A stretch of DNA of 63,691 nt, filler included, from Choristocarpus tenellus KU-1152 (GCA_964200185.2; 9 parts of 9 records of this genome joined end to end with filler, not necessarily neighbours in it), one strand, 5' to 3'. Numbered from the whole stretch's first letter, positions 12,527-26,497 are shown. The notes: generated from the sequence alone by a model not told the origin. A program made the numbers and translations.

Positions 12527-14413
12527 CTTAATTCTCGTCCATGGTTATTATGTTGTATTCTCTACATGATCTTTCCTCTTCTCCCGTCTCTATTATGCTT
12601 ACAATGTTTGTTGAGTTTCCCTGTTAGAATTTCTTGTTTTCCAACATGAAATCTCTGCGATGTCAATAGGGAGAATAGTATAATATATTATTTAGGTCTA
12701 CGAAATATTTCAAACCACAAAACACTGAGGATCAGCGACGACAGGAGAGGTTGAGAGAGATACACCACCAGAGGATAGGGGGGAGGTTGAAGAGACGGAG
12801 ACCACGGTTCCCTTGGGAGGGATAAACTTGTGGAAGATCTTCCATATCACTGATCTCATGGTAAATTCTGTGCTTGGTGGACTCCATGACAGTCACTGCC
12901 ACCATTCCGTCCCTCGAACCGAGTTGAGGAGAAGTTAAAGTAGACCTCTCTGACCCGGTTGCTGTCCTGCCGATCACAGAAGACTCTGCCCCCTGAACAT
13001 CCACACAAATATCCATAGCTGGGGTGTCATCCTCCGACCAAGAGGCAACCTCTACCTAATCATCCTCAATACCTCATTGCTCAACCCTCCACGCTTCACT
13101 TTCGGTCTCTCACATCGCTCTATCCCAAAAAGGAAAAAGAAAACACCAGTCTATAATCTTGTAACTCAGTACATACATGGCGTGATCATGTACATTCTCA
13201 TTCAAACACGCACACATAATATGTAGAGTATTACATACTTTCGAAGTTTATAAATTTTGATACATCAATACATTTTTATACGTTTGGAATTAAAACAAAA
13301 AAATAATTGCAACGTACATTATAACCTTGGGCATTTCCAGGTGTGCCAGGGAAAAACCAATACCAAAACTAGATTACAAGGACTTGTGTAAATACAATAT
13401 TTTTCCGTCGATGGTTGGACACGCCCCTATAAAATATGTACCATATGAGAACTAAAAATAAAGCTGTGTCCCTTTTTTAAACGGTTGTTCAGTACTAAGT
13501 AGTGTGTACATTGGTACTTATAACCTAGTGTAACCACACGAAAATATAGGAAAAACTGACAGAGTAGTTTCCATCTTTCATCAATGCTATTTTTTTTAGT
13601 TGAAATCTGTGTTGCACAGCGATATGGGTAAAAGAACTATCAAAAAGTGGGACAGACGGACGGGGTTTGCGCGCACTTACCACGCTCAGGTGACCCGCAA
13701 TGATGGAACTTCTCATCATGGTCGGCAAGAAATTCTGCTTTTCTCCACTTTTTCACATATTTCTCTCAACACCTTTATTTACTACACGCCCAGTAACTGG
13801 AAATTTTACGTGAAGTGCTTTTTTTTCAAGTGTCACGCAATTTGATTACTTTAAAGTATTTGACCGTAGATACCATTCAATATTCAGTGATGTAGAGTAG
13901 AGTTCTAATATTGTGGTAGGAATCTTGAACATCAAAATACATACTGCAGACCAAAAATTACCCTGCCATATGACGGAGAGGAAAAAGAACAGCTAAATAT
14001 GTGAGAATCGGACTTGCATGAGACGATCAGTATGACCTTGGTGTGCAGGCGAGAAAGATAGAGCCGGGTTAGAGACAATTGCCACACATGATGTACAGTT
14101 TTTTTGCTTTGTTTCTATGTATGTGCATACCCCTTGTTCCATCATACATGGCACCGAGTTTCTCACAGTCGAAAATATCAAGACTCTGAAGTAGTGGTAG
14201 CTTGTAATCTGATCGGCAATTCTTTCTGCAGCACAACATGGCTAGTCAAGCTCCGGCATCCTGCATGATGTGTTCGCATGAGGAGATGATGGTGTCACCA
14301 CTGTAGTGTAACTCCCACATAAAACAACACTCACTGAAAACCAATAACGGAATACTATTGGAATATGTCGAACAACCTAGTGTTATCCTTACGTTATCTG
14401 TGCTGATCAAGTA

Positions 14414-14564
14414 TATATATATATTATTATGCCCTCTGACATTTTGCAGATGTGTCAGGGGGAAAACAAATGAAAACTATACATATGTCAGTATAAGCCC
14501 TAAAGAAATAAAATATCATAAATGTGAAACACTATAAAACACTGTAAGTGTGAAAACCACTAAT
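14414..14564. repeat. Repeat H, inverted copy
   Basis: Reverse complement of 12108-12257; abuts a family A MITE at 14565. Confidence 0.7.
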
Positions 14565-14616
14565 GGCTCAAAGTATCTGGGAGGGGGTGGCGGCTGTCCA
14601 TTTGAGGTCAATTCTT
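14565..14616. mobile_element. MITE family A left end (contig-truncated)
   Basis: GGCTCAAAGTATCTGGGAGGGGGTGGCGGCTGTCCATTTG. Confidence 0.85.
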
Positions 14617-14716
14617 NNNNNNNNNNNNNNNNNNNNNNNNNNNNNNNNNNNNNNNNNNNNTTAATTAATTAANNNNNNNNNNNNNNNNNNNNNNNNNNNN
14701 NNNNNNNNNNNNNNNN
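14617..14716. other. Artificial contig spacer
   Basis: 44N-TTAATTAATTAA-44N. Confidence 0.98.
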
Positions 14717-14791
14717 CAAAAAAAAAGTTGTTTGACCGAAACGGACGCCCCCTCACAAACCACCCCCCCACCCCCCCAGATACTTTGACCC
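14717..14791. mobile_element. MITE A2 variant right end
   Basis: ...CACAAACCACCCCCCCACCCCCCCAGATACTTTGACCC; the same end occurs at 29977-30012 and, inverted, at 39776-39796. Confidence 0.75.
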
Positions 14792-15340
14792 TTATTAAGA
14801 AGATACAATGTGGATCAAACATGATTTGAACGCACTTTCTCGAACTATACTTCCTCCATTTCTGCCATTGGAGAAGACCTAAACATCAACATGCATTCGA
14901 ACCATTTCTGTATTGAAACTTAGTGGATAGGTTGTTTTCAATCCGTCTGTCTACTCGGTCGAATGTGGTGTGTGTACTCGCCATCCATCCGTGATGAATC
15001 TTCTCTACCACAAGCCACATCTTGCACTTCGTTTATTGTTATGGTTTAGGAGAATATAGTAAGGTATAAGTGTACCTTCCCAGTCCTTACAGAACATGCT
15101 CCATCAAAACAAGTCAAATAAATCTCCCACGAAGAAGCTCTGACCTCGAGCGGACTTGGAACCGTGGCACCTTCACCTATATGCACACCTTATATAGAAG
15201 TTGGTGTCCCTTCAATCTGTAGTCTATGTTTGTTGTATTAGTTAAGCGGTATTTATCGTTACGTGATCTCTGTTTTCCAACTAACTACGATTTGTTGCCT
15301 TCTCCCCATCATCATACTTTTTGTTTTTCGTCGGTGAAAT

Positions 15341-15506
15341 GGCTCAAAGTATCTGGCGAATGTCCATGTTGGGGTCAAATTTTTCATGTCGCGATTTTGG
15401 GTGATTTGGTTCCATACGTCAGATGGATAATGTATATGCACTTTTCCTGATTTTGACCCAAATGGACATCATGGTGTAGACCCCCCCTCCCCAGATACTT
15501 TGGGTC
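15341..15506. mobile_element. MITE family A full copy, TSD AAAT
   Basis: AAAT|GGCTCAAAGTATCTGG ... CCAGATACTTTGGGTC|AAAT. Confidence 0.9.
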
Positions 15507-16577
15507 AAATTTGTATATATTGTATATGTGCCAACAATTTTGCGTAGGTGATTATAGTTCAATATAATATATCCTTACTTTGGAAATGTTGGACAGATTC
15601 TCATATACTAGGAAAACAAGAAATAAGGGTAGAGTAAATAAGAAAAAAGGTGAGAGTATGAGTAAATTTAATATTAGAACAATAACAACAAAGATTAGAT
15701 ATAAAATGTCTCAATATCTTGTGAAAAGGAATATCATCTTGATCACATTCGTTTATCTTCAACTCCAATAATATCAATACCACCTTCATGGTTTGGATGT
15801 TAACAACTCGCACAAAGTATCGACTAAAAAGTAATAATGATATTATTTATGAAGAAAACGTCCTGTATATAATTATTTGTCTTGTATTTGATATGTCTTC
15901 ACATCTACTACAACTGATACTGTTTTGGAGGTTCCGATATTTGAATGGATTACAATGGGTTTTTCTGTGACACATCTCCAACATGGAAGAGGGCATAATA
16001 ATAATTTATATCATAACATCAATATTTCAAAAAGTAAGAGCAATGTAGTATACTAAATTATTCTCCCTCTTGCATCATACACCATATCCAACTTCAAATT
16101 CAGGATATGTTCTTCTGAGACGGAAATGTATTTTCTGATGGTCTGACAATAGCTTGTGTACTATCCGAAGTATTTGAATTTGTATAGATAAGTTCTCCAC
16201 CAACTGAACTTAGACTAATTCAACTGAAATTGATGTTTTGGGATGATTTCAGCAAGGTTGAGGGTCCAAACAAACCCGGTCCCCAACCGTGATAGGGTAT
16301 GCGATGTTAGTTTTGTCCAACTCACAGGATGTGACACTGGTATATGGAATACTATCACCAGCGTGGACCTGAGGTTTGAGAGGATCACGTGATGGAAAGG
16401 GGTAAGGAGGTAGATGTTTCTACCCGCGAAGACACTTCTACCACCTCAAAGTTGTCAGTCTAGAGAGAAGAGGCTATCCATGTCATCAACTCTGATCTCT
16501 GTCGTGTGAAAGCCAGCCTTACTCAGGACAGTCTAATCCACAGCAAGGAAGGTGAGATGTTATCTTACAGGGGACGA

Positions 16578-16742
16578 TGTAGGAGATGTTTTGGTCATGC
16601 GACGGAACCTTGGTGAAAGAGTGATGGTTGGGGCAATCCTTTGTTTTGATTGTCAATCCTGTAGGAGATGTTTTGGTCATGCGACGGAACCTTGGTGAAA
16701 GAGTGATGGTTGGGGCAATCCTTTGTTTTGATTGTCAATCCT
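16578..16742. repeat. Perfect tandem duplication, 82-bp unit x2
   Basis: TGTAGGAGATGTTTTGGTCATGCGACGG...GATTGTCAATCC at 16578 and 16660. Confidence 0.95.
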
Positions 16743-17719
16743 ATGTTGCCATTATGAACTAGAATGAGTTTTCGCAGTCGGGTATCAGGCAGATAAACAT
16801 CACTTGATCGCACCAAATGACTACTGCTTTGAAAATGAGTTTTATCGCATGTCATTCAGTAAGGGCAGATAATTTTAGTTGGGTGAGACACAGACACCCA
16901 GAGAAAGAGAGATCTATGGGTGAAGGAATGAATAAAGAGAAAATAAATATTCGGGGAAGACAGTAAATGGCGTGGCGCAGGGTATTGAGAGCTGAGCACC
17001 GAAGAAAGGCGAAGAAGAAGAGGAGTTGTGGCAACTATTGTATTAGTTCATGATGTGCTTGAGGTTACGGAGTCCGAATATGACAAACTGGTAATGTTCG
17101 TGGAGCTGGAGTTCCTAGCGTTAGAGAAGATGTGTAAGTACCTCAAGCACCGTGGACCCTACCACGGTTAGAGACTCTTCTTATAAGTAGAGTGCTCGTT
17201 CTAAGGGCGAGGGTTGAGGACGCTTGGGCGTGGATTTCGACGCTGTTTTTCGAATAATTTTCTCATCTAGCCAGGCATTTGGGGGGATGGTAAATGGCAG
17301 TACCAAGCTAACCTCTGCCTGCTCTTTTTGTGTAACATGTGTTTAGGGCTATAAAGGATCGTCCATCTCAACAGTACTTGTAATAGGGAGTCTTGAATTG
17401 GATCTGTAGGCTGTTCTGGGGTGGATAGCAAACCAATGTGTGCGTGTGTGTGTATTTTTATTTTTTACGTGTCTTCTGGAATGATGAGTGCCTGTTGAAG
17501 AGACGTTATCTGTAGGGGCTAATGTACGGTATTCCTGAGTTTCTCAATAGAGGTACATACAGATTTCCCCAGTGGCTTGGAACTACTAGAATAATTAACA
17601 CGGTCAAGTAGCATGCCGGACATGCAAAGTTGATGGCTTGTATGGAGGGCCCATCACAAACCACTCCAAGGACTGCACTTTCTTCATCATCCTAAAGCAT
17701 TCATTCTCAAAGTTGTCAT

Positions 17720-18350
17720 CTGATAGTTATAATTAATTGCTGTTACTCCAGTATCCACTTCTAGGCGCAACAAAATATGAACTTGATAGTGCACAATTCC
17801 ATTATTGTGGGATTAAGGGGTTGAGGAAGTCCTAATAACTTCATAAGTTTGAATGATTGGAAAACTTCAACTCCCTGAGGGAGCAAATCGTTATCACCAC
17901 TTCCTAGAAAAGTCCCTGGCAAGGTGCGTGATTAACGAGTGCACATTTAGGTGTTTCAGGCATCATTATCATAGAACAGATCATTCCAACGATTGATATA
18001 TTTTGTTGGAACTCTATTTGTCTTGCTAAAGTTTCAGACACTGTGTCATTCCCCCACACATCCAGTACATCAACAATCTTAACATGTGATGCAAGGGTGA
18101 CAAAGGACATTTGTATAGTGGTCATTTCAGCGTCACTGGTGGCACACGACAGTCTTAGGTGGGAGTTCAAGATTGCTCTTGCGATTAGCATGACTCCCAC
18201 TTTTCGTCTTGAAGTTGCATTTGTGAAGATATCTCGGCATCTTGAACAATTCGTCGCCCACTTTTCGGACGTCAACTCACACTCCTTTCACTCCTCCACT
18301 ATATCCTCACTCGCTGTTAAAAACATGTTGCAGTGAGCAGCTGGCTAATG
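17720..18350 (-). pseudogene. Possible decayed apurinic-endonuclease domain of a LINE
   Basis: Peptide spacing (RRKVGVMLIAR..., VKIVDV..., ISIVG) weakly resembles the APE GV-x-I, NVY and IIxGD motifs. The catalytic residues are not intact. Confidence 0.25.
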
Positions 18351-19338
18351 CTTCTGGTAGCACTCATCTCACCTCCACCCATTCAGTACGGGAGAGGCAG
18401 CACAGCATCCCAATCACATGAAATTGGAGTTTCCACCCACCGCCCGTGACCCTTGGAGCTAGGGTAGTGTAAAGGTCATCACCAACAAGGTGGACGGCAT
18501 AAGTGGATGTCAGTCTGGGACTGGAAACGAGATTAGTTGGGGCACCAAGACACTGCATACAACACGACTGAGATAATAGGAATGTACCACAAAATTTTCT
18601 TCCAATCACCAGATAAAATCTCTCAAAAGTATAATAAAACAAAACCTACTCGAAGTGGACAAATCAATTGTTGTTCCTGTCATAAATCTGAGTTATCTCA
18701 TCGGGGCATTTCCTCACAAATCAAATATTTAGGAGTTAACTTTTTCATTTATGGATCCAAATCAGTTGTACTCTTTCATATTTCTGAGAGTGATGTGAGA
18801 CAAATATTCTGACAGCATGATAAAATGTTGACAAAATTCAGCACGATATGATTTGTACAACTTGAAGTCTCGAGGGCAAACTATTGTGGAGGGATTCAAA
18901 TCAATGTATACATATTTCACAGATAGGGGAGTGGTACATGCGAATATTTGTAAATATTTCATAGAGTGATGAGTGGTATGAATAACATTGTAATTCCCAA
19001 TCTTAAAGGGAGAGTAGTATAGCTTGTATTCAAACAGCAAAACAGTATTTGGAAAGGTATCTTTGACATTTTCGACAACTGTTACTTTTACAGCAGTCCT
19101 TGCTACATTGGTTTTGCCTTTTTCCCTGAATAATCTGCAAAATGTCAAAGAGCAAAATAATAATAAAGAAAATAATGGAGGTAGCAGACTCGACATAGGC
19201 AACAGGTCACTTTGAGTGGGGGTGTAACAATGGGTCTCTCTGCCTAAAGACCCCCCAAAAAAGTACAGGCACGGATGCCTACAAGTGTAGAGGGCTTGGG
19301 CCTCTTCTCTATGAAACACCACCAACACTTTGTTTACA

Positions 19339-19420
19339 ACAGACGATTTCAAAAATTGAGGATGGGCTTGACCCAAAATTGACTGGGATAAAGTGTCGAT
19401 ATGTTTGTTTTTTAAAAACA
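19339..19420. mobile_element. Partial MITE G
   Basis: AACAGACGATTTCAAAAATTGAGGATGGGCTTGACCCAAAATTGACTGGGATAAAGTGTCGATATG matches the right half of 12373-12526 in reverse complement, lacking one of its internal TGAGGATGG repeats. Confidence 0.75.
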
Positions 19421-19649
19421 AACATAAGTAGGACCATTCGTGGCCACTTTCCCCACCCTCCTAGCAAGGTAGCCAGGGCCTCATGTTGAGTCCTTCTCAC
19501 AAGCTGTTTGCGCGAGCCCCACAGTACAGGCTTTACGATCGTCTATCCACACCCTCCTTTCTACAGGTATCCCCTGAGAAGACCTTGTAGAAATCATTGG
19601 CCAAAACTGGGTAACCTGAGAGGGAACAACATCCACTGCACCTGTTATG

Positions 19650-20335
19650 GAAGTCCACATCCTGGCAGCTCATGACGCCAGGATCACAAGGAGGGCTCCA
19701 CATGAAATCACACGCCTCCTTAACAGGATCCGTTTTGACTCCTTTCGGACACAACTAGCCAGCCTACCAAGTGATGCGCAACAGGGGAAGGAAAGTTCCT
19801 CTTTAGCCCTACCACACCACCAGAGCCAGTGTGAACAAGGGGCAAATGCAGGGGCCTCAACTCAACACAGCCCCCGGAGTCGGCATGCCAGATCCCTCCT
19901 TCAGAATTCAAGCTCACTGCCACCAGATCCCTAGGGAGGGAGAAGGCCCTCTCCAACAGGTGCCCAGTGACTGGGTGCAGGAGGCGAAATGTCAAGACCA
20001 GAAATGCCCGTAGCTGCCCCAGGGTAGGAGACCAGGTGCGACAGCATACCCCTATGTTAAAACGCCTTAGCCAACCATGCAAGGGGATGGACATCCCTTG
20101 CACTATGGAGGATGGTAGCCCATTCACAGTGGACAGGAATTTCTGCATGGATCTAGTCTTCCTTGCAGGGGCCCTTGCAGACGCAGCATCAGCTCCCTAC
20201 CAGGACAAAGGCCTTCTCCTCAATCCTATGTTCGCGGAAGTACAGGGAATCTCCCACCTTCCACACTCATCTACCAGCAGTGGTGCAGCTACTGCAGCGG
20301 CTGAGGCGCAAAAGCGCACCCACTACGAGGAACCT
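19650..20335 (+). mobile_element. Decayed RLE-type (CRE/NeSL-like) non-LTR retrotransposon, C-terminal Zn-knuckle + restriction-like endonuclease
   Basis: Frameshifted peptides LNTAPGVGMPDPSFRIQA, GCRRRNVKTRNARSCPRVGDQVRQH (CCHC-like), RNFCMDLVF...GLLLN...AATAAAEAQKRTHY resemble the RxD..D..AAxxAExxKxxxY pattern of RLE domains. A second copy lies at 31830-32395. Confidence 0.7.
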
Positions 20336-20339
20336 CGAA

Positions 20340-20448
20340 TCATGTGTACACGGTAAGAAAATGGTAAGTGATATATAAACAAATCATGTGTACACGGTAA
20401 GAAAATAATAAGTGATATATAAACAAATCATGTGTACACGGTAAGAAA
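20340..20448. repeat. Minisatellite, 44-bp unit x2.5
   Basis: TCATGTGTACACGGTAAGAAAATGGTAAGTGATATATAAACAAA repeated without spacers. Confidence 0.95.
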
Positions 20449-22063
20449 CAAGGTTATATCAACAAATGGGGGTTTGCACACCATTCCTCCACATGGAGTT
20501 GTACTCAGTACATGATTTGTATGCAACATTCCTGGGTAGAAATTATTTGTACATCTTCACCCCCTTCAACCATCAGATACAAAATTTGTGGTCATGTTTT
20601 TTCTACTGATTTGTGAACCACAATTGAGTTAAATCACGATTTGGTCGACATGACTTCTTCGCCAAGGATCATTTTAACTACTTCAGTTTGAACAAGTTGA
20701 GTCCTGGGAAGATATGGTAAATTTTAAGCCACCACAAAACCGCACTCGGTTTGAACCAACTCCAGGTGCCTTCATCAGTTAGAGTGACAAAAAATCACTG
20801 TCCCAGAAAAAAAAATCTACTTACCGAGAGACACGACCTTCACTGTTTTTGCAAACCTCACCTGAGGTTGTTGAGAGAAAATCAACGCTTCATTTCCAAC
20901 TGATAATGAACTAGACTGAATGCAACTCACGACTTAAAAATGGGAGAGGTTTCATCAACCTGACGACTCCCAATTATGTTGAACATCTGGATCTTAAGGC
21001 ATTGTAAGGACTTACGGTCGAAGGCAACCCCAAATGGAGCATTTATGGGCGTTAGGACACCCTCAGCTACACAACAGCAACCTATGAGATTTGTTCTCCT
21101 TTTCAAAAAGCCACCTGCAACCATCATTTTGGAGGTACCCACCACCTATTTACTGCTTCGGTTGCATCCGGAGTTACCACATACAAGGTCATTTGGTATA
21201 GTTTGCACTTGACTGAACTAAGTAGTTTGGCACTGGTGACCACATGCATGTTAAAATCACACACATAGTGAACCAAATAAGAGTGCAGAACTCCTTTAGT
21301 CTATTAGGTCCATACTCCAGTTTTGAACTTGCGGAGAGATGAACACTAAGAAGGTTACTGAACATAATGCATTTACTTTATCGACCCATTGAGATTCAAA
21401 GAATTTGTGGTACATATTATCATAGAAGGGGCACCAAACTTTAAAGCAACAATTGTACACGAACAGTTCACGATTGAAATAAATTTTTGTATTCCACACT
21501 CTACTCACACCACTATTGTATCCATACCAAACAAAAAGGAGTCAATGATTACAAAATTGGTCCAGCTCTAGTAATCAAGACAGAAGTAAGACTCTGCGAG
21601 GTGTATACAAGGCCCCTCTATTTGAATTTTGACGAGGGGAAAGGGTTACCCATGATGGGGCAATGCTCTAATTATACCAGGTCACTACATAACGGTTTTC
21701 ATTTAGAGATGAAGTGAATGGTATTCATCTAGTGGGTTCACCGTAGAGACGTGTATCATGGAACATGACCTGACTTGGCAGTCACCTGGCCCTACAACCT
21801 GAGAGCCCAGAAAGATGTGCTTTCACATTTTGTGAAGAAACAGGCGAGAAAAAAGTGTGGTTTAATGACTGTGGCAATCATCAATACAAGTAAGGAAAGC
21901 ACACCAAGAATATATAAATGAAATTTGACCCCTAAGTCACAAGGTTGTCAGGAATGAGTTTTGCGGCATCTTCTGCCTGACTGTACTCCCCTGACATTTC
22001 TTGAACTACTTTTCTTTGACCCCTACCATGTCCAATCTTCCTAAATGTAACACATCACACAAC

Positions 22064-25000
22064 TCAAAGACGGTTCATGGTTGTCATGTCAACAGACTGA
22101 ACATATTCATCAAAAGCTTCAATTGCATCGGTGATGTCTTCTACTCCAACCTGGCAATCAGCAAGGGGGCGCATGGGAACAAAGGATGAAAGGTATGTCA
22201 GAAGATTACACAGCGCAAACACGCCAACTCTGTCAACATCCACAAAAAATCTCTCTTCACTACCATCATACCCTCAAGATACCACATGCTCTCTCATGCC
22301 AAAAGTTCTTCAGATGGTGAAAACGAGTTCAAGATATTCACAATCAGTGGAGAGTGAGCTTCAGTTAACTCAACTCTTTATTGCAAAAAAATATAGGGTA
22401 TTACCTCACAAGATTTATGCCTGTGGATATTATCACCTCTGACCACAACATCAAATTTGAAGGTAAGACTTTTTATTGAACTTCACTACAAACTTGAAAT
22501 TTCAAGGGACATTTTCTACCCAAACAAAAATGTTGGAATTCACTCTTGCTGGTTGGCCTGATGCATTAGCCATGCCTGCAGTTCCTTCCTCATGTCAATT
22601 CAGGTCCCAAGAGATACAAAAACCAAACACACCTCAAGAGAATATACTCCATTGACAAATATGCAGTATTAGTAACCAGAATTTTCATATGATGTAAATC
22701 AGAAACAGACCTGGGTTTAGGTGATCTTGAGAATAGCTTCAGCTAAAAGCACACAAAAAAAATCTCAAACTAACAATGAAATATACTTGGTAATCAACTT
22801 TTTTTTACATGAAAAAAATTAAATTGAGGTTCAAATCAATTCAAAGATTATATAAAATCCGTTGGATCAGATCATTCAAAGCAAAAAATAAAATCAACCT
22901 TTTAGCCTTGCAAAAGCCGAGAGTATAGGAAGGCTCTGCAAATGGCAAACTCACATTACTATAATCACGTAACGAATACGCAGTATATAATGAACCAAAA
23001 AAGCTACAATTTTACAGGTCTATTATTGACAAGAGAACATTAATCTCCAATCACTCGTAACTTCTTACTTCTACTAAGCAACCAGAAAGTAGACATCACC
23101 ACCCCCCAAGACACGTATCTCCTCCCACAATTCAACCAACCCCTACCCCATTTACCTTTGAATCTTCCACCACACAGGAGAGAACGAGCTTTTTCACACC
23201 AAAAGCGACTGGGACCAGCTTGTATGCCTCGCCCCATACTAGGCCATCAATAACAACCTTGGAAATCATCTTGAAGAGTTCATTGAGGTCAGTGTCAGCT
23301 TCCCACGGCTTCACCTCTAACACAATCTGAGAACTGCAATTGGATGATGTCACACAAAAAAGGGAAGAGCGAAACCATAGGGGGGGGGGGGGGGGGGGGG
23401 GGGGGGAAATTAAAAAACAAATCTGACACTTTTTCACCAACCCNNNNNNNNNNAATCGGTAACTAACACAGGAGGCAGGGGGTGGGAGGGGGGGGGAAGG
23501 GGGGCGGTGGGATTAAGGGGAGGGTGAAATTAAAAAACAGATCTGACACTTGTTCACTAACCCTAGGTCGCCTTGAAAAAATAACATACGCAACATTCAC
23601 AACCCCCAACACGAATTCAACAAAAAAAGACAAAGACACGTTACCCAGTTGATCATGAGAGGAGATAGTACCGGAAGGATGGACACTAACACAGTGCCTT
23701 ATAAAACCCCATCACCAACAGCGCATAAATACCCCCGACCCCTCCATTCACGCCTCCTGTCAATGTATCCTCCTTCCAGTGCCAGTAACCTATGCACCTA
23801 CCGGTCTATCTTCTTTTTCGCATCTTTTGCTGCCTTGGCCTCCTTCATGATATCTGCACGAGACTTCTCTGGCTTGGATGCAGGGGCTTCCTCCTCATCG
23901 TCTCCGAAAAGGTCATCATCATCATCGTCACCATCATCATCACATTTCGCCTTCGCAGTCCAGGGTGCACCGGTAACACACAAGGCAGGTCAGGGGTTAA
24001 TTAAAATATCAGGATGGATGATAAAAGGTGTATTGTGTTCTAAATTACAGAAGACATTACCAATCACAAAACTGACAGTTCTTGTTGAATACACAAGCTT
24101 CTCAGAGGGTACCTTCTGTCTGGTAAGATAATTTATTCTTGGAAGTATCAAGCTATTGCCTTAGATCAGACTTTATCAGGCAGCAAAAAAAAAGACACTG
24201 GGGGGCTAAGGTGCATTTTGGATCTACTCAAAAAGAGCAACCTACACACACAAGCAGAGTATATATATGTTCTTGTTTTCACAGAAGGCAACAAAGGAGA
24301 TCATGTTTGTGTGTGCAAGAAAGGTCTACACCACTAAAGTTCTTACCACCTTTTGTTGACACTATGTAACCTTACATAATCTATCGGTCTTCAAGAGAAT
24401 TCAGCAGTATGGTCAAAGTTTTAGCCGAAGTTATGGAACCGTGCACAATTTGACAAGGCAACAAAAATACACATGAAATATATATGACAGAAGATTTCTT
24501 ATCCCTAGTTGCAAAAGTCTGAAAGTGGCAAATAGATGAGAAAAGGAATACCCTTCGTAGGGTTATGGCTTCTTATAGCCCTGGGAGACAGAGCATTGAT
24601 CCCGCCTCACCTTAGCCTTGGGGGCAGCCTTCTTGGATGCAGCCGCTGCAGGGGCAGGAGCAGGGGCAGCTGGGGCAGTGGTAGCCCCAGAGAAGTTCAA
24701 GCTGAGGGGCATTCAGGCAGGCATTGCCAAGACCAGTGGACAGGGCAAATATGAGTTGAGAAGACAGGGTGCAACAGGATTGTCATACATGTTTTCAGGT
24801 AGAGCAAGTGGAGACTATATCATTGGCAGAGACCAATATCTTTTTGTCACTAAACGACTGAAAACTCGGAAACAGGGGTAAGATGTAGATACAGACTCCA
24901 ACAGACACATCTTTGTGAGCTGAACAGAACCTTTTCTGGTCGCCATACGGCAACATCAGTCGTTTACCTTTATGAACTTAATAGATAGATACTCGGTAGA

Positions 25001-26230
25001 AGGTAATTTTGCCATTGCACTTTAATAATGAGATCGAAGCTACACCAGGGTGCAACGCCAAATGGCCCATGCCTGTCAACAACTGGTGGTACGACAGTCA
25101 CAGTTTCGAGGATCAAACAAGTGCCATTATATTTCCTGAGCAATCAGCCTTTTTTCATCTCTCAACCTGTAAGGCATGTTGGAATCGAAAGCAAGACGTG
25201 TAAGAAACAGCATACACACCTCCGAACGCCAATGATAGCGGCAATGTGAATGAACCAACGGTAGGCATGTGGTGCAGTTGCCTTGTCTGGCGAGCTGGGG
25301 CATGCTGCGAACATGTCGGCATCGGCCTGGAGTAAAAATATGAGCCATTGCCTGGGTCAAATAGTGTTGCTTGGTTCGAAGCGAAGCACGGGACGGAGAA
25401 GGGGGGGAAGTGCATCTACCGTGGTACAGGGAACAAACTGCCGTGGGCAAATCCCATGGAACAAACATCCAGACTTCCAGCACCCAAGCGGACAGAAGCA
25501 CTGGATATTTCACGATTTGTAGTTAGATGCAATCCTCCTTATCCACGTCCACAGAGTGGTGGATATGATGACATATAAGTCATCCACTAACCAGTTTCAG
25601 ATACAGTTCCAACAAATGGAGTGAAAATGGGAAACCAAAAATAGCAAAGCATCAAACCTAGCAAGGGGTGTAAAGGTGAGATTTCCGAGCAGTTTTGGAA
25701 AATTGTAGGTTGCTGTGAACAAAATGTTAGGTTGGAGCTATGGACAGTTCCAGTCGCACAGTGTAATTTTGTGGGATTGACGAACAATCACCGAAAGCGA
25801 AGACAACGTAACAATCTACTAGAAGGGACGAAGAAAACTTTTTATAATACTGCATAAATCACCGCCTTCAAACAGGGACGTCCTGACAATGAACAGGACA
25901 TGGTAGTCACGTATCTGTATGCCTGATACTGGTCTTCGTGAAGTTTTGGGAGATAGTCTCACTTCCCCTGCGGAAGGATCGACCCTCAAAAGAGCTATGT
26001 GTTCTACCTATCACATGTTCAGTGCTGGCATTTAACCCTTTGGAAATACATTGACTGAAACACAGCTTAGGCCTTTGATGCTTCAGTTAGTGAGAGTGAA
26101 CAGGGAGAATCTACAGAAAATCATCGAGCACCTTCGAGTAGGCATATCCCTCCACATAGGACCTGGCGGTCATGTAGCCATTGAAACCCAACACACCCTT
26201 TGGTGTTGAAAGGTCAAACTTGGGCGCCAT
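22064..26230 (-). CDS. EEF1B: Translation elongation factor 1-beta (eEF1B), complete, 6 exons, 236 aa
   Basis: Exons 26230-26132, 25326-25220, 24701-24611, 23950-23802, 23333-23156 and 22150-22064 total 711 nt with consistent phases. Translation: MAPKFDLSTPKGVLGFNGYMTARSYVEGYAYSKADAD...HAYRWF..., an Ala/Pro linker, DDDDDLFGDDEEE, then the GEF domain RSQIVLEVKPWEADTDL...[58 protein letters not shown]. Confidence 0.97.
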
Positions 26231-26497
26231 TTTCCTGCGAGTATGCTGCGCAAGAGATGTTGATGGAGAAGAGATTGTGGTTGGTGATGGATGGCTTATG
26301 AATGTACTTTGTTGTTGTTTGGGAATGAAAGAGCACGTTTCTACTCTTTACGAAACCTGGGTAAACCCACGTTATTCTTGGAAATGAAAGTTGAAGTCCA
26401 ATAAACATGATAGGGTTTACCACTTCATAGTGGTTCCGCAAAGAAAAGGCAATACTTCTTTTAAGTAAGATATTCTCTATTCCCACCCCTCTCTGAC
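26231..26497. promoter_or_regulatory. Putative bidirectional promoter between EF1B and the methyltransferase
   Basis: Only 267 bp separate two divergent ATGs. The call rests on geometry, not on recognised motifs. Confidence 0.55.

Noticed and set aside
16578-20448. 82-bp and 44-bp repeats as CRISPR-like arrays
   Set aside because: They are plain tandem duplications with no spacers and no cas genes, in a eukaryotic context.
23380-23563. Direct repeat GAAATTAAAAAACARATCTGACACTT flanking a 10-N gap in EF1B intron 4
   Set aside because: It is next to poly-G and a scaffold gap, so it cannot be distinguished from an assembly or haplotype artefact.
22151-26131. Intronic snoRNAs in EF1B, as hosted by vertebrate EEF1B2
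   Set aside because: No convincing C/D box pair with a terminal stem was seen by eye. An Infernal/Rfam scan would be needed.
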